Shown here: one piece after another, positions 33,504-47,775 of the stretch | How the letters are laid out: every line of letters begins with the position of its first letter | Numbering within the stretch: the first letter of the stretch is position 1 | Source: the human T2T-CHM13v2.0 reference genome, Homo sapiens | Direction: 5' to 3' (one strand) | DNA: 64,000 nucleotides | Assembly: GCF_009914755.1 (NCBI RefSeq) | Contig: NC_060947.1 | Notes under the pieces: model-generated | What the model saw: only the letters and a program-made list of their open reading frames with translations | Databases searched by the model: none | What the model was told of the DNA's origin: nothing | Made by a program: the position numbers and the translations under genes

Positions 33504-35870
33504 GTAAGAGAGAGGAAGTACTTCCAACTAGGTCAAAGTTGGCATCAGGAATGCAATCTCAAAGCAAAAATCAGCAGAAGTAAAGCTGAGTTTTGGGCCT
33601 GGGGCAAACTTACACCTGTAGGGCGACAAACTGGGTAGGCTTAGTTTCAGGTCCAGGAGTGCCTAACTCCAAGAGTGCCAAATTCCTAGAATGGCAATGC
33701 CATTAATTCATTAACAAATATTAGTATGCACCTATGATGTACCAAGGACTGTTCTGGGTCCAAGAGTCTACTGGTGAATACAACAGACAGCAATCCCTGC
33801 CCACAGGGTGTTTATGTTATGGTGGGTGAGGGAGTGGGAGGGCAGACAATAAGCAAGAACAATGTAATAAGGTAGGGAAAGGGCATATGGAATGTTCAGG
33901 GAAGGGATTACACGTTTAAATAGGGTGGTCAGGGCAAATTCCTAGCTGTGGTATTTCAAGTGCCTCAGGAAGGTGTCTTCTGTACCTCAACCCCACCATC
34001 ACTACACCTCAGCCCCTTGAAGGAATGGCATGGTATGTCCGGTTACTGGCACAAATATTTGCCAACATCTTATATTTAAGACAAAGGGAGCTCCGAGATC
34101 CAGACCTTGCCCTTAGAGAACTTACAGCCTTCCAGGTGGAAAAACAACTAAGCAGTGTTAAGGGCTTTACTGAGGTGTAAACAAAGTGCTTTAGGACACA
34201 GGATAACTGGCAATTCTGCTTGGGGGAAGAAGTATGTGTTCAGTAAGGCCGTTCCAAAGGAGGTGACTTTAGAACTCAATCTTGAGGGATGGATAGGAAT
34301 TAATGTCAGGGGAGGGGGAATGAGGGAGGAAAGTTAGCTTTTTAGGAAGAAAAAAAGGAACAGTTTGAGCAAAGTCCCAGAGATGGGAATAGGGAGGACA
34401 TTTTCTTCCTATCCTTGTCTATGGTACTCCATCCATCCCATGACAAAACTAGCACACGATCACCCTCAGGCTCTCTGGTATGGCTGTCAGGAAATCCATA
34501 TCACTTACCACTCCCTCATTTCTCCCCTAGCCAGCAGGAGAGGAAGAAGTTGAGTCAGGCACACATCCCTAGAATCCAGGGTTACCCTCCCCTAACTTCA
34601 GGACAATTACCACAGAGCTGAAAACCCGGGAGATTTCATTCATCTAATTACACTCAGGGATGTGTACTTATAGTGGTAACGTGGCAACTGGCCCATGTTG
34701 GAAATGAAGTGGGTAAGACATCAGTAAGGTAAGTAGTCCATAGTCTCGGCAGTGCATCTAAGGTGGAAGCAAGGAGAAAAACATATACTTGGGCTTGGAA
34801 GACAATTTTTTAATCACTTAGTCCTCATCCATGAGCTATTCAGTGTTCCCAACATCTAAGACAACAGAGGTGGTGTGACAGGATAGGAACACAAGCTCTG
34901 CCTCCGAGATTTTGAGGGCAAGGCACTTAACTTCTCAGTCTCTTTTTCATCATAATATGGTTATAACTGTAGCACCTACTGTATAGAGTTATTGTGAGGA
35001 TTGCATTTTTATGTAAAGAACTTATCACAGTGTCCAGCTCAATGGAGCCTAACAACCAGAGCCTAACAAGCTCAGAGAGCCAGAATGCTACATATACTCA
35101 CAGATCAATTACCCCAGAACAGGCCTCCAGCTCCATTTCACTGCTCTGACCAAGAGTGAGACACCTGAAATTGTGTTACCAGAAATGTTCATCCTCTGCC
35201 CAAAAAGGGCCTCACAAGCCAAGTTGGTGGTGCTTTTCTACTAGGGTGCTAAAAACCAAACAACCAAAAACGCAGAAAACTTCATCAAGGCCACGTCTCT
35301 GCATTAAACATTGTTCCCACAGCGACAAAAGTCTTAAGTCATTAATACCTCAATATTAATAGATTTATGAGAGGTGGGGGTGGGGAGCTTAAAGAGCAGA
35401 AAATAAGCCAGTTAAATATAGGAGGTCCAGGATGTACAGAAGACTCATTTTTGCCACAAATATACAAGGTCTAGGGTCAACCCTGCCAAGCACAGTACTC
35501 TGGAATTTTACGTCCTCTAATCCTGAAGAAGCAGGGTACTGGGGGAAGAAAAGCTTGATTAGAAAGTCACCACTTTTCAAGCCACCAGAATTCTAACCAA
35601 ATGATTTCACCACCCCAAATCCCACCTCATTCAATGTTAAGGGTTGGAGGAACACCTTTTTCTGCCCCATTACAAACCAACACAGGAGACAGAAGCATTC
35701 TGTGCCCCTTCTGAGATCTCGGGGACCCTCCTCCAGTACCAGATCTCTCACAGCCTGCTTGAAGAGCGGCAATATAAAGCAGCTCCACAGCACACAGCCA
35801 GGTCCCCAGCCCCAAGCGCAGAGGGAGCCCACTGAGGCAGGACTCCAGCCAACCAGCCTCCAGCCTTTAC

Positions 35871-36013
35871 CTGTGGCTGACTGGCCAACGCCAGAGAAGC
35901 CGCGATGTCGTAGGTCCGAAGAGAGTGCGGGTTAGCGACCCCGCTCGACGGCCGAGCGCTGTGAGAGGAACCCACGAAAAGGTGACTGGACGCCTTGGAG
36001 GGCGCAGTTCCCG
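35871..36013 (-). other. SYTL4: Predicted SYTL4 non-coding exon 2 or alternative first exon (5' boundary uncertain)
   Basis: Donor CACAG|gtaaag at 35871 on the edge of the CpG island. Candidate acceptor ctcctag| at 36013, with GC boxes just upstream. Confidence 0.55.
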
Positions 36014-36700
36014 CTAGGAGCTCGGCCCCGCCCCCGCCCCCAGGGCCAGCTCTCGGGAGGGGCACCAGCTCGGGCTGGCGGGAAAAGCCCGGGCACTCCC
36101 CGCGAGGGGAGCCGAAGAGGAGAGGGGAGGCGGCTCCCAGAGGGGCACAGACCGCATTAGTGCTGGGTGGGTCAGGGAAGGGGCCAGAAGAAGCCCTGGA
36201 GAAAGAAAAGTGGCCGGGAGGGACCGCCCAAGCAGACGGGAGTCCAAGCCTGGGGATGCGGTCGGGAGAGGCGGACGGGGAGAGGGGAGACGCGGTCAGC
36301 TAGGGAGAAGGAAAAATTGGGGGACCAGAGAGCGGGTAGGGAAGACGCACGACCCCGAGATGGGGGTGGGGGCGCTTCAGCAGCGAAAAGGAGCTGGGGG
36401 TCCAGAAGGAGCACCGGACCGAGGGCGAGGGGCCGGCCGCTGGCTGTTGACCTACCTGTCACTTGCAACAGGTGCCTCCAGAGATCGAGAAGTCCCAGTG
36501 CCGGTTTCAAGGGAGGGTCTCCGGCTCCGGGAAGATCGCAACCCAGCTCCGGCAGCCGGCCCTTCTCACCCTCCCGGGAGGCGGAAAAAGCTGCAACTTT
36601 CCCTGGAGCGGGGAGGAGCTGGACTCTTAAAGGGGCCGCACAGCGCCCCGGGCTCCTTAGCAGGGGGCCACTCAGCCCAAAAGGGAGCTCTGGGACCCAA
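35880..36700. promoter_or_regulatory. SYTL4: CpG island / SYTL4 promoter
   Basis: The only non-repeat GC- and CpG-rich stretch in the window. Contains overlapping GC boxes (ccccgcccccgcccc, ~36026-36040) and minus-strand splice donors pointing towards the SYTL4 CDS. Confidence 0.85.
36456..36600 (-). other. SYTL4: Predicted SYTL4 non-coding first exon (TSS approximate)
   Basis: Donor GACAG|gtaggt at 36456. A TATA-like TTTAAGAG on the minus strand at 36631-36624 lies about 30 nt upstream. Confidence 0.6.
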
Positions 36701-38049
36701 AGCCTTGAGACACAAGAGGAATGTCCTTCCAGGTTAGGAATGGGAGCCTGGGGACTGAGGATAGGGGTCTAACACTAGACGTGCCTCCTCACCCACTTAC
36801 TTCCATCTGTTGGTCACTCTCTTAGACGGTGAAATCACCTGTCTCTTTCGTTCAGCTGAGTCAAAAGTTGTCAAATTGTCTCACACTTCTAAGAAGATAA
36901 AAGAGTATGAACTATCTAATTTGAGTAAATAAAATATAATACCATTCTGATCCTTTGACTTGTGGCCTTTTATGGCAAATAAATGTCTGTCTAAAATAGA
37001 AACGTTTTGGGCAAAAGCGTTGACTAAATTCATACATACACACTCAAGGACACAACTGGTTAAAATATCCAACTCACTAGTAATCAAAGAAAAGCAAATT
37101 AGAACAATAATGAGATTCTTTGGCAAAGATATTTTTTATTTTTTAATAACACTTAATGATGACAAAGTAGCCACCAAACAAGCTGTCTTAATTGCTGATA
37201 GCAGCATATGTTGGTTAAAAACCCTTTTAGAAAGCACGTGAGCAATATGTATCAATAGACTTGAAAATGTTTATACCTACCCAGTAATTGCAGATTCCTC
37301 TCCCTGCCTCTCCCATCCCTCTCCCCCTCATTTCACATCAGCAATTAAACATGCTCAAGTATCTACCATCTTAAAAAAAGAACCTCCCTACACAGGAGGT
37401 CCCTCTTCAGGTCCTCTTTATGGGCAAATGTATTGAAAATGTACTTCACAGGTGAAATTGCAATTTTTATTCCCTTACTTCTCATTCATTTCTTAGCTCT
37501 CAGCAGTCTGGCTTCCTTCCCCCACTGAAACTTCTCAATGAGATACACAAACAATGACCCTCAGTGTCAATAAATCCATAAATAAGTAAGGTATTTTTGG
37601 TCCTTATTTTGCTTGACTTCTCCCCTACATTTAACACCGTTAACCATTTCCTCGTCCTTGAAACTTTCTATGGCATCTATGACATTTTACTCTTTTGCTT
37701 TTCCTCCTACTCCTTTGCCCTCTCCTCAGTGACCTTTGTAGGCCACTCTTCTGCTATCTGACCTCTGAAAGTCAGACATTCTCAGGGCTAGGATACATAT
37801 ACTCCCTCCCCCAAATAATCTTTTTCACTCACTTGGCTTTAATTACCATATATATGGTCACAACTCTAATTCTATAACTCTACCCAGACTGCTTTATTGA
37901 GTTCTGTGTTCTTGACATCTCCACTTGAATGTCCTGCAGACACCTCAAATTCAACACATCCAAAGTTAAACCTACCATCTTTTCTCTTAAATTTGTTCCT
38001 CCTCCAGTATTTCTTATATCAGTAAATGACAACATGCCACTCAAGGCAA

Positions 38050-39811
<1,762 letters not shown>

Positions 39812-39844
39812 TATGCAAGAACTTTTATTAAAATATTGATAGTG

Positions 39845-40189
<345 letters not shown>

Positions 40190-40464
40190 CTAAACAAATT
40201 TTTAGTTTTGCTCCTACTTTTCTGTCTTTTTCAACTTTCTTTTAATGAGCATGTATGGCTTTGATAATATTTTTTAAATATTCTTGAAAAATCTTCAAAA
40301 GCTAAAAAAAAAAAAATTTTAATTCTAGCAGACAAAACAGTAAAAATCCGTCTCCCAGGCTCTACCCAGAGTTGTTTTTTTTTTTTGTTTTTTTTTTTAT
40401 GCTTTAGCCCTTCAATACACTGCCCCACCCTGAAGTGTGAGGCCACTTTGAAAAGGAAATCCTT

Positions 40465-40587
40465 AGCCTAGATGATAGATTGATAGGTGCAGCAAACCAC
40501 TATGGCACATGTAAACCTGCACGTTCTGCACATGTATCCCAGAACTTAAAGCAAAATTAAACAAACAAACAAACAAACAAAAAAAAC
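40465..40587 (+). mobile_element. Very short L1PA 3' end
   Basis: Contains ggtgcagcaaaccactatggcac...gtatcccagaacttaaag plus an (AAAC)n tail. TSD ggaaatcctt. Confidence 0.85.
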
Positions 40588-41209
40588 GGAAATCCTTTTG
40601 TTCTGTCTAGCTTTGCTAATTCAGCTCTCCCTCCAGAGCCCTCTAGTCAGCCTTGGACTTTGAATGTGTTCCGCCCCCCAAATCTGGCCTGTGGGAACTC
40701 ATACCAGGCACTTCTCTGCTCCTTCTTTGCAGGTGGTGCTTGGCAGGAGCTGGAAACACTTTCAGCCAGAAGTAACTTTGGAAACATTTTTTCCAACTCC
40801 CTTATTCCTCAGCAAAATTTTAAGCTTTACTTCTTTATATGTGTGCAGTTTCTCACTGTCCAAGGTACCCCTCACTAAAGAGGATGTGAGGATTTGACCC
40901 CTCTTCTCTAAGACAGTCTTACTGACAAGCTTCAAATGCACAGAGAGACAAACATAAATAATGAACCCAAGCAAAGTTAGTCAGTGGCCTGTTTACATAC
41001 ATTCTGTGCTTTGCAGACTGCTGCCCATTTCTGTTTTATCCTCCTCGTCTGCCACAAGTTCAAATTCTTATACTAAACATTGAGAGAGGTCTAATGAGAG
41101 CAAACCTAGGCACTATCCTGGCAAAAATGTAAACAGGAATGTATGGATTACCACCCCATGAATAGTATATGATCTCCTGACCCATTGTGAATGATTGACT
41201 TCAATGAGT

Positions 41210-41580
41210 CGATTTCGCCACGTTGAGAGAATTTGGACCAGTGCAAACTTTAAAAGATGAAGATTTTCCTCAGTCCCAGGTGACAGGATACCTCAGTATT
41301 GAGCAATTACTCTTTTGAAACAGTTTTAAATATTTCAAAAATATGTAAACATATAGAGAATAATATAACAACAAGGACATGCACACTACCCAGCTTATGA
41401 AGTAATGCATTACCAAAACAATCGAAACTCTCTGTGTCCTCCTCCATCCTAAGGCTTTCACAATCTCAGATTTGGTCTTGATTATTTCCATGAAATCCGA
41501 TTTTGCCACACTGAGCAAGTTCTGACCAGTGCAAACCTAAAACGATGGAGATTTTCCTCAGCCCCTGGTGACAGGATACC
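41210..41580 (+). repeat. ~83-bp dispersed direct repeat (41210-41292 / 41498-41580)
   Basis: cgatttcgccac...gaccagtgcaaac...agattttcctcag...ggtgacaggatacc occurs twice. Confidence 0.9.
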
Positions 41581-42010
41581 ATGAAATTCCTTGTATGTCT
41601 ATACACATTTACTAAATATGTGTTTATCTCTAAACAATATGTAGTACTTTACAGAAATATTATCTTTCTGTATGTAACTTCTGCAATTTGCTTTCCTCAC
41701 TCAATATTATTCTTATGAGATTTATCCCTGTTGATAGGGATAAATTTATTTTCACTGCTATAGAGCATTCCAGGGCATAACAAGACTGCAATTTATATAT
41801 CTGTTTTGCCATTGATCAGGTAGCTTTTAATTGCCAAAGTTTTAATTCTGGCTGCCAGGACACTCCCTTTTCATCTCATGTTGAGTTTACTTTTGTAAAA
41901 ATCAAAATTAAAAAAAAAAGGCTTCCTAACACAGCAAAGTTAGTACACCAGTGGTCTACAGTAAGTATAAAGTGTAAAAAGTAAATTCAAATCTCTCATT
42001 CTGTCAAGAT

Positions 42011-42219
42011 CGAGGTTTCTCAATCTCTACACTATTGATATTTTGGAATGGATATTTCTTGGGGTGGGGGGATGGTGCTATCCTGTGCACTGCAAGATGT
42101 TTAGCAATGTATCTGACCTCCATCCACTAAATGCCTCTATCCACTAGATCACTTTCCAATTTGTGACAACCAACAATGTCTCCAGATATTGACCAATGTC
42201 CCCAGTTGAGAACCACTGG
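42011..42219 (-). mobile_element. MER20 (hAT-Charlie MITE)
   Basis: Contains ggtttctcaatctctacactattgatattttgg...tgtgacaacc...gttgagaaccactg. Confidence 0.85.
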
Positions 42220-42739
42220 TCAAGATGTACTGAGTACCCACTACATGTGAAGCACTTTAATAGGTACTATGAGAAAATAGATGAACAAACACTGGGGAAA
42301 AAAGGCCATTCATTCAAATATAAATATATCGTGCTACTTAGGCACTGGGGTTTTGGTGACTGTTTCCTCTGGGAGTTCACAGAATGGGGTAGGGGAAGGC
42401 AGGCAAACTAAAAACATAAATTTACAATACAGTATGGAAAGTGCAAAGCTGGGGAGATGCTCAGGATATGGGAGAATGCCTCAGAAGGCCATTTACATCA
42501 GCCTGATTGGGGAGTGGTCAGTGAAGGGTTCCTGGAAGAAGAAATTGCTTCTCTGAATCTTAAAGGATGAGTAGGAATTAGCTAGACCAAAAAGGTGGAA
42601 AGGCATTCCAGGCAGAAGAAGAGCATAAGCAAAAACAGAAAGGCTAGAAACACTGGATATGTGCAAAGGGAGTGCAAAGAAGTTGCTGGAGCATAAGGTT
42701 AAATGAAAAAGTGATGATAGGTGAGGCTAAAAGGATGAT

Positions 42740-43185
42740 GTACTAGTTTATAAGAAAGTACCAAAAACTGAGTAGATTAAATAACAGAAACTTGTTTTCT
42801 CACAGTTCTGGAGGCTAGAAATCTGAGATCAAGCTATCTGCAAGGTTGGTTCCTTCTAAGGGATGTGAGGAAAATCTATTCCATGCCTCTCTCCCAGCTA
42901 CTGGTGCTGTGCTGGAAATCTCTGGTATTTCTTGGCTTGTAGAAGCATTATCCCAATCTCTGCCCTGATCTTCACATGGCACTTTTCTTGTATATGTGTC
43001 TCTGTGTCCAAATTTCCCCTTCTTATGAGGATACCAATCATGTCGGATTAGGGTCCATCCTAATGACCTCATCTTAACCAATTACATATGCTATGACCTT
43101 ATTTCCAAATTAGCGTACGTTATTAGGTGCTGGGGATTAGAAGTTCAACAGATGAATTTGGGGGTACACAATTCAACCCATAACA
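42740..43185 (-). mobile_element. MLT1 (MaLR) solo LTR
   Basis: Contains ctcacagttctggaggctagaaatctgagatcaag...attcaacccataaca. Confidence 0.85.
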
Positions 43186-43319
43186 GGTAGGTAAGTACTA
43201 GAACAACAGAGGCCTTGGGAGTCATGTTAAAGAATTTGAACTTTATCCAGTAGCTAATTACAGCCATTTGAGGAGCCCTGAGATTCCCTACTCTATCATT
43301 TTGGTGACATCACTCAAAT

Positions 43320-43880
43320 AATTTTTCATCCTTTTGTGACTAAATAATATTCCACTATGTGGATATACCACATTTTGTTTATCCACTCAAAAGTTGACGG
43401 ACAATTGAGATTTTTCCATGTTTTGGCTACTACAGATAATGCTACCATAAACATTCATGCAGAGGTTTTTGTAATCATATGTTTTCAAAATGCTTGTGTA
43501 TCTACCTAGGATTGGAATTGCAGATCACGTAGTAACTCTATGTTTAACCTTTTGAGGGATCGCCAGACTGCTTTCCAAAGTGACTGCACCATTTTACATT
43601 CCCATCAGCAATACGTGAGGGTTCCAATGTCTCCACATTCTCAACAGCACTTGTTATTATCAGTCTTTTTGATTACAGACATCCCTGTGGGTGGAAATTG
43701 GTATCCCATTGTGGTTTTGATTAGCATTTTCCTAATAACTAATACTTTTGAGCATCTTTTCATGTACTTGTTAACCATTAGTAGCATACCTTCTTTGAAG
43801 AAATGTCTATTCAGAACCCTTGTCCATTTTTAATTAGGTTGTCTTTTTGTTGCTGTGTTATAAGAGTTCTTTATATAGCT
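43320..43880 (-). mobile_element. L1MB-like fragment
   Basis: Contains ctatgtttaaccttttgagg...cattttacattcccatcagcaa. Confidence 0.8.
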
Positions 43881-44599
43881 CATTTATACTTTTGAAAAGA
43901 GAGGTGAGTAGGAGGAAAGGAGAAGGACATTCTTAGGAGGGGAAGTCTCATGGAGTTGTATGCAGACATAAACAGCAGGTTTTATGGTTTGATTCAAGAG
44001 GAGAGTCCAAGTCAGGGGAAAACGTACTAAGTTGCATTGAGGATGTGTCCTTTATGGTTAAGGCCAAGTACGTGCAGGACTGGTTTGTTCTTTGGAGGTT
44101 GGTAATGCAGGGCTGAAAACTTTTAAGGCCTATTTTCAAAGATTTATTCTGGTCGGTAATTCATTTTAATAAAAGCATCTTTCAGGGAAAGAAAGCCAAT
44201 ATTTACCAGGATATGAAAGCAAAAATTGGGGCTGCTTGTTAGACAATGCAATGACAATTTTTTAGTTTTATTTTCCTTTCATCCTCTAGCAATGTTTGAC
44301 ACCATTGCCCACGCCTGCCTTATTACAATCTCCTCTCCTGTGGTTTCTGGACATCATGACCTCCTTGTTCTCCTATCTCTCCAACTGTCTTTCCTAATAT
44401 TTTTGGACTCCACTTTTTCTGCCAGTATCTTAACACTGCAAGACTTAAATGTCATATTAATTTATTCAGGAAAAATCTGAGGTCACTAACATTTACTAGT
44501 GCTTGTTATATGCACTGTTTTTTAGGAGTTAGAAGTATAGCAGTAAAGTCTTGCACACATGCAACTTATATTCTAAGTCAGAGAAAAATAACAGCACTA

Positions 44600-44860
44600 A
44601 TAGCAAATGCATATAGCACTTACTACTATCCTAAGGTACTAATCTAAGATATACAAACACAAGCACACACATGCACACATGCACACACACACACACACAT
44701 TTAGTCCTCACAAAAGTCCTATGATGCAGATACTATTATTACACCCATTTTACAGATAAGGAAACTAAGTCACAGAGAGGTCAAATGGTAAACTCAGTAT
44801 TTGAAGCCAGACAGTGTGGCTTCAGATTCCATAGTCTTAACTAGTACTCTGTGTTGTCTC
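44600..44860 (-). mobile_element. MIR with an internal (CA)n
   Basis: Contains cccattttacagataaggaaactaagtcacagagagg. Confidence 0.75.
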
Positions 44861-46312
44861 TCAGCAATAAATAAATAAATATATCATATTCATGTGTGTG
44901 TGTATATAATACATATACACACAAGATATATATTTGTAAGTATATGGGGTTATGTGTATATTGCTACATATATTTGGAAAAGGATGTCAAATGGGACTTT
45001 TTCTGTTGTTTCCCAAAGTTTTGACTGAGGCTTCAAAGTTAAAGACATACATACTAGGGGTAGTCATACATTCTAAAGAGGGATGTTAGACAGATTCCCA
45101 CAGGACTTGCTAAGAGGTAACCAAACTGGTATTTCAATTACTAATCCCCACCACTCAACTCCAGAATTATTATAAGATAATTCTAGAGATTAATTGAAGC
45201 AACAAAGAGGATTTTTTGAAGGGAACTCATTGGAGTAGAAAGCACTATGGTTCCCCTGCTCGAGCGAAACAAAAAAGATCCTAAGTAAACCTTTTGAAGA
45301 GAGACTGACATCTCACTCCCAGGCTGGAGGCTTGCTGCACTACAGAAACTTTAGCCTTTGTTGCTACTGAAACAGGATGAGTTCATGAGAGAACCTGGCA
45401 TATGTCCTCTAGTGCTATGAAAAGATAGAAACTTATACTTGACTTTTACCTAAAATCTGAAGGCAGAAGCCTGGTTTAAATTGCTCATAATGGCAGAGCA
45501 AAGAAAGAGATCTAGACTTCCAAGGGACCATGTTTGCTGTGGACCAGGTAGTTTCTTTTGAGCATAGCTGGCAACTCCGCATAAAAATGAGGATCCCATG
45601 AATAGAAAGTTGTGGGGGCAACAGCCAAGGGGGAAGAGGGTCAGATGGTACATTGTTCCTATCAGGGAATAGTGTAGGGAAGAGATCCCTGCTAGCAGGA
45701 AGAGGAGTTAGAAGGTCCCTGAATAAACCAAGAAGGAACACTACAAGAAAAGGCAGTATTTGGGCATCTATGTCACAGAGGATATTCATAGCCAGATTAC
45801 ACCAGCACCAGTCAATTCAGCTTCTCACTGTCCCTTTAAGATTCCCCTCTCCATACCCACCCCACCCCTAAGCCCTGGAGGAGACAGAAGCAGTAGAACA
45901 AGTAGGGGAGGAGGTAGAGCAAGAAGAATAAAAGAACAGACCAAGTCACTTTTCTCACTAGAGATCTGTGGGATTGCCAGTCAAGCTGCACTGGAGGTTG
46001 GGGACTGGAGGAGAAGTTTTAAACTGGATGTGAGATGGAAGTTTTGATTTGACTGAACTTTTAAGTGCCTACAAATTAAACTATTGTAAATATCTGAGAG
46101 TAACCAAAAAGCGAGTGGGTTAAATATATAACATAATATGGGATAGTGAAACGTTACCCAAAAAATCAAAGGAATAGAGTAATATTTTATATATGTTAGT
46201 CAAGCAAAGCCTCTCAAAAGAGGTGACACTAACAAAGTACAGAAGCAAGCCATGGGAATGTCTTTGGTCCTCATCTCTCTTCAGTATATTCATTCTCCTT
46301 GGATGATCTTAG

Positions 46313-47046
46313 AATAGAAGCTTGTAAGATAGACAGGGAGCAGATCATGAAAGTCTTTCTAAGTCATGTATGTATAAGACTCAATTTTGAGAACCACCGA
46401 GAGCCACTGAGTTTCTCCGTGATCCGATTTGGATTTGGGGAAGACTACTTTGGCAGTGGTATGGAAAATAGATTGGAAGTAGGGTAACTATCCCAATGAC
46501 TTCAATTTCCCCCTGTTGACTCTCAATCTTGTATCTCTACCCTACATTTTCTCCTGATTTTCAGACTCGTATGTTTAATGGCTACCAGCCATCCCCACCT
46601 TAATGATCACAACCACCTCAAATTCAACTTTTCCAAACTTAAACTTCATCTTCCTTACAAATCTTTTCTGTCCCCAGTGTTTTCTATCCCAGTGAATAGC
46701 ACTACCATCTACTTAGTAGCACAAAACAGAAACCGTCCCCACACCTAACTAGTCCCTAGATCCTGTTGTTCTCATCACCTAAGTAGATTTTAAATTCCTT
46801 CCTACTGTCACTGCCTTAACTCAGGCCATAATCATCTCTCTCCTGAACTACACAAACAGCCTCCTGACTGGTTACCCTAATTCCAGTCTATTTTCCACAC
46901 CACTGCCAAAGTAGTCTTCCCCAAATCCAAATAAATAGGATCATGGAGAAACTCAATGGCTCTCGGTGGTTCTCAAAACTGAGTCTTATACATGGCTTTG
47001 AAAGACTTTCATGATCTGCTCCCTGTCTGCCTTACAAGCTTCTATT
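46313..47046. repeat. ~175-bp inverted repeat (46313-46488 / 46871-47046) within L2 sequence
   Basis: Manual alignment of the arms shows about 11 substitutions and two 4-bp indels. Confidence 0.93.
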
Positions 47047-47571
47047 TTACCATTCTTTGTCTTGACCATTCTGTTTCTAGGCAACCTAAATGATTTTTAT
47101 TTTCCTCCAAACACCAAGTTCTCTCATGGCTCTTCCATCCTCCTTTTATCTTCTCCAGGCTAAGCCTTACTTATCCTTTGACTCAGATATGATCTCTTCT
47201 GGAAAGCCTCTCCTGTACCTTGCTAGTGTGGGTGTACCTCCCCTATGCTCCCATTGTTCCATAACACTCTTTATAAAAATTTCTGACATAGTACTCACTA
47301 CACAGTATTTGCATTGTCTTTTCAAGTGGTTGCCTTTACCACTAAAACATGAGCTCTTCGAGATCAAGATCTATGTCTTATTAACCTCTGTATTCATAAG
47401 GCCTGCATATGAAATAGGTTCCCTTTTAAAATCCAAACTGTTCTTCTGCCCAGACTCTTCTTTCCTTCACTCCCCCTTGCACTTTGAATTCCTAGTCACT
47501 CCTACAGATTCAATTTATCTACCCCATAGGGTGTTTGTATGCCAAACAACTAGCGGATTTATTTCTCCTAG

Positions 47572-47775
47572 GGTTTATTCTCAACCAAAAACAATATTGC
47601 TTCCCCCTGCCCAGGGGACATTTTTGGTTGTCACAACCAAAAAGAGAAGTGCTACTGGCATCTAGTGGGTGGAGGCCCAGGATGCTATTAAACATCTTAT
47701 AATGCACAGGACAGCTTCCCACAACAAAGAAGTGTCCAGCCCCAAGCTCAGTAGTTCTGAGGCTAAGAAACCTTG
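47572..47775 (+). mobile_element. MER20
   Basis: Contains ccaggggacatttttggttgtcacaac...gtgctactggcatctagtgggtggaggcccaggatgct. Confidence 0.88.

Noticed and set aside
30255-35080. Short tandem duplications (cctcagtaaatcaa twice at ~30256/30294; gagcctaacaa twice at ~35045/35059)
   Set aside because: Ordinary slippage-scale events with no further structure.
35593-36772. ORFs of up to 201 aa in the CpG island
   Set aside because: Open in several frames on both strands because of GC content. No domain is recognisable and many lack true ATG starts.
47090-47665. 191-aa hydrophobic ORF
   Set aside because: Runs through L2 and MER20 sequence; a chance frame in pyrimidine-rich repeat DNA.
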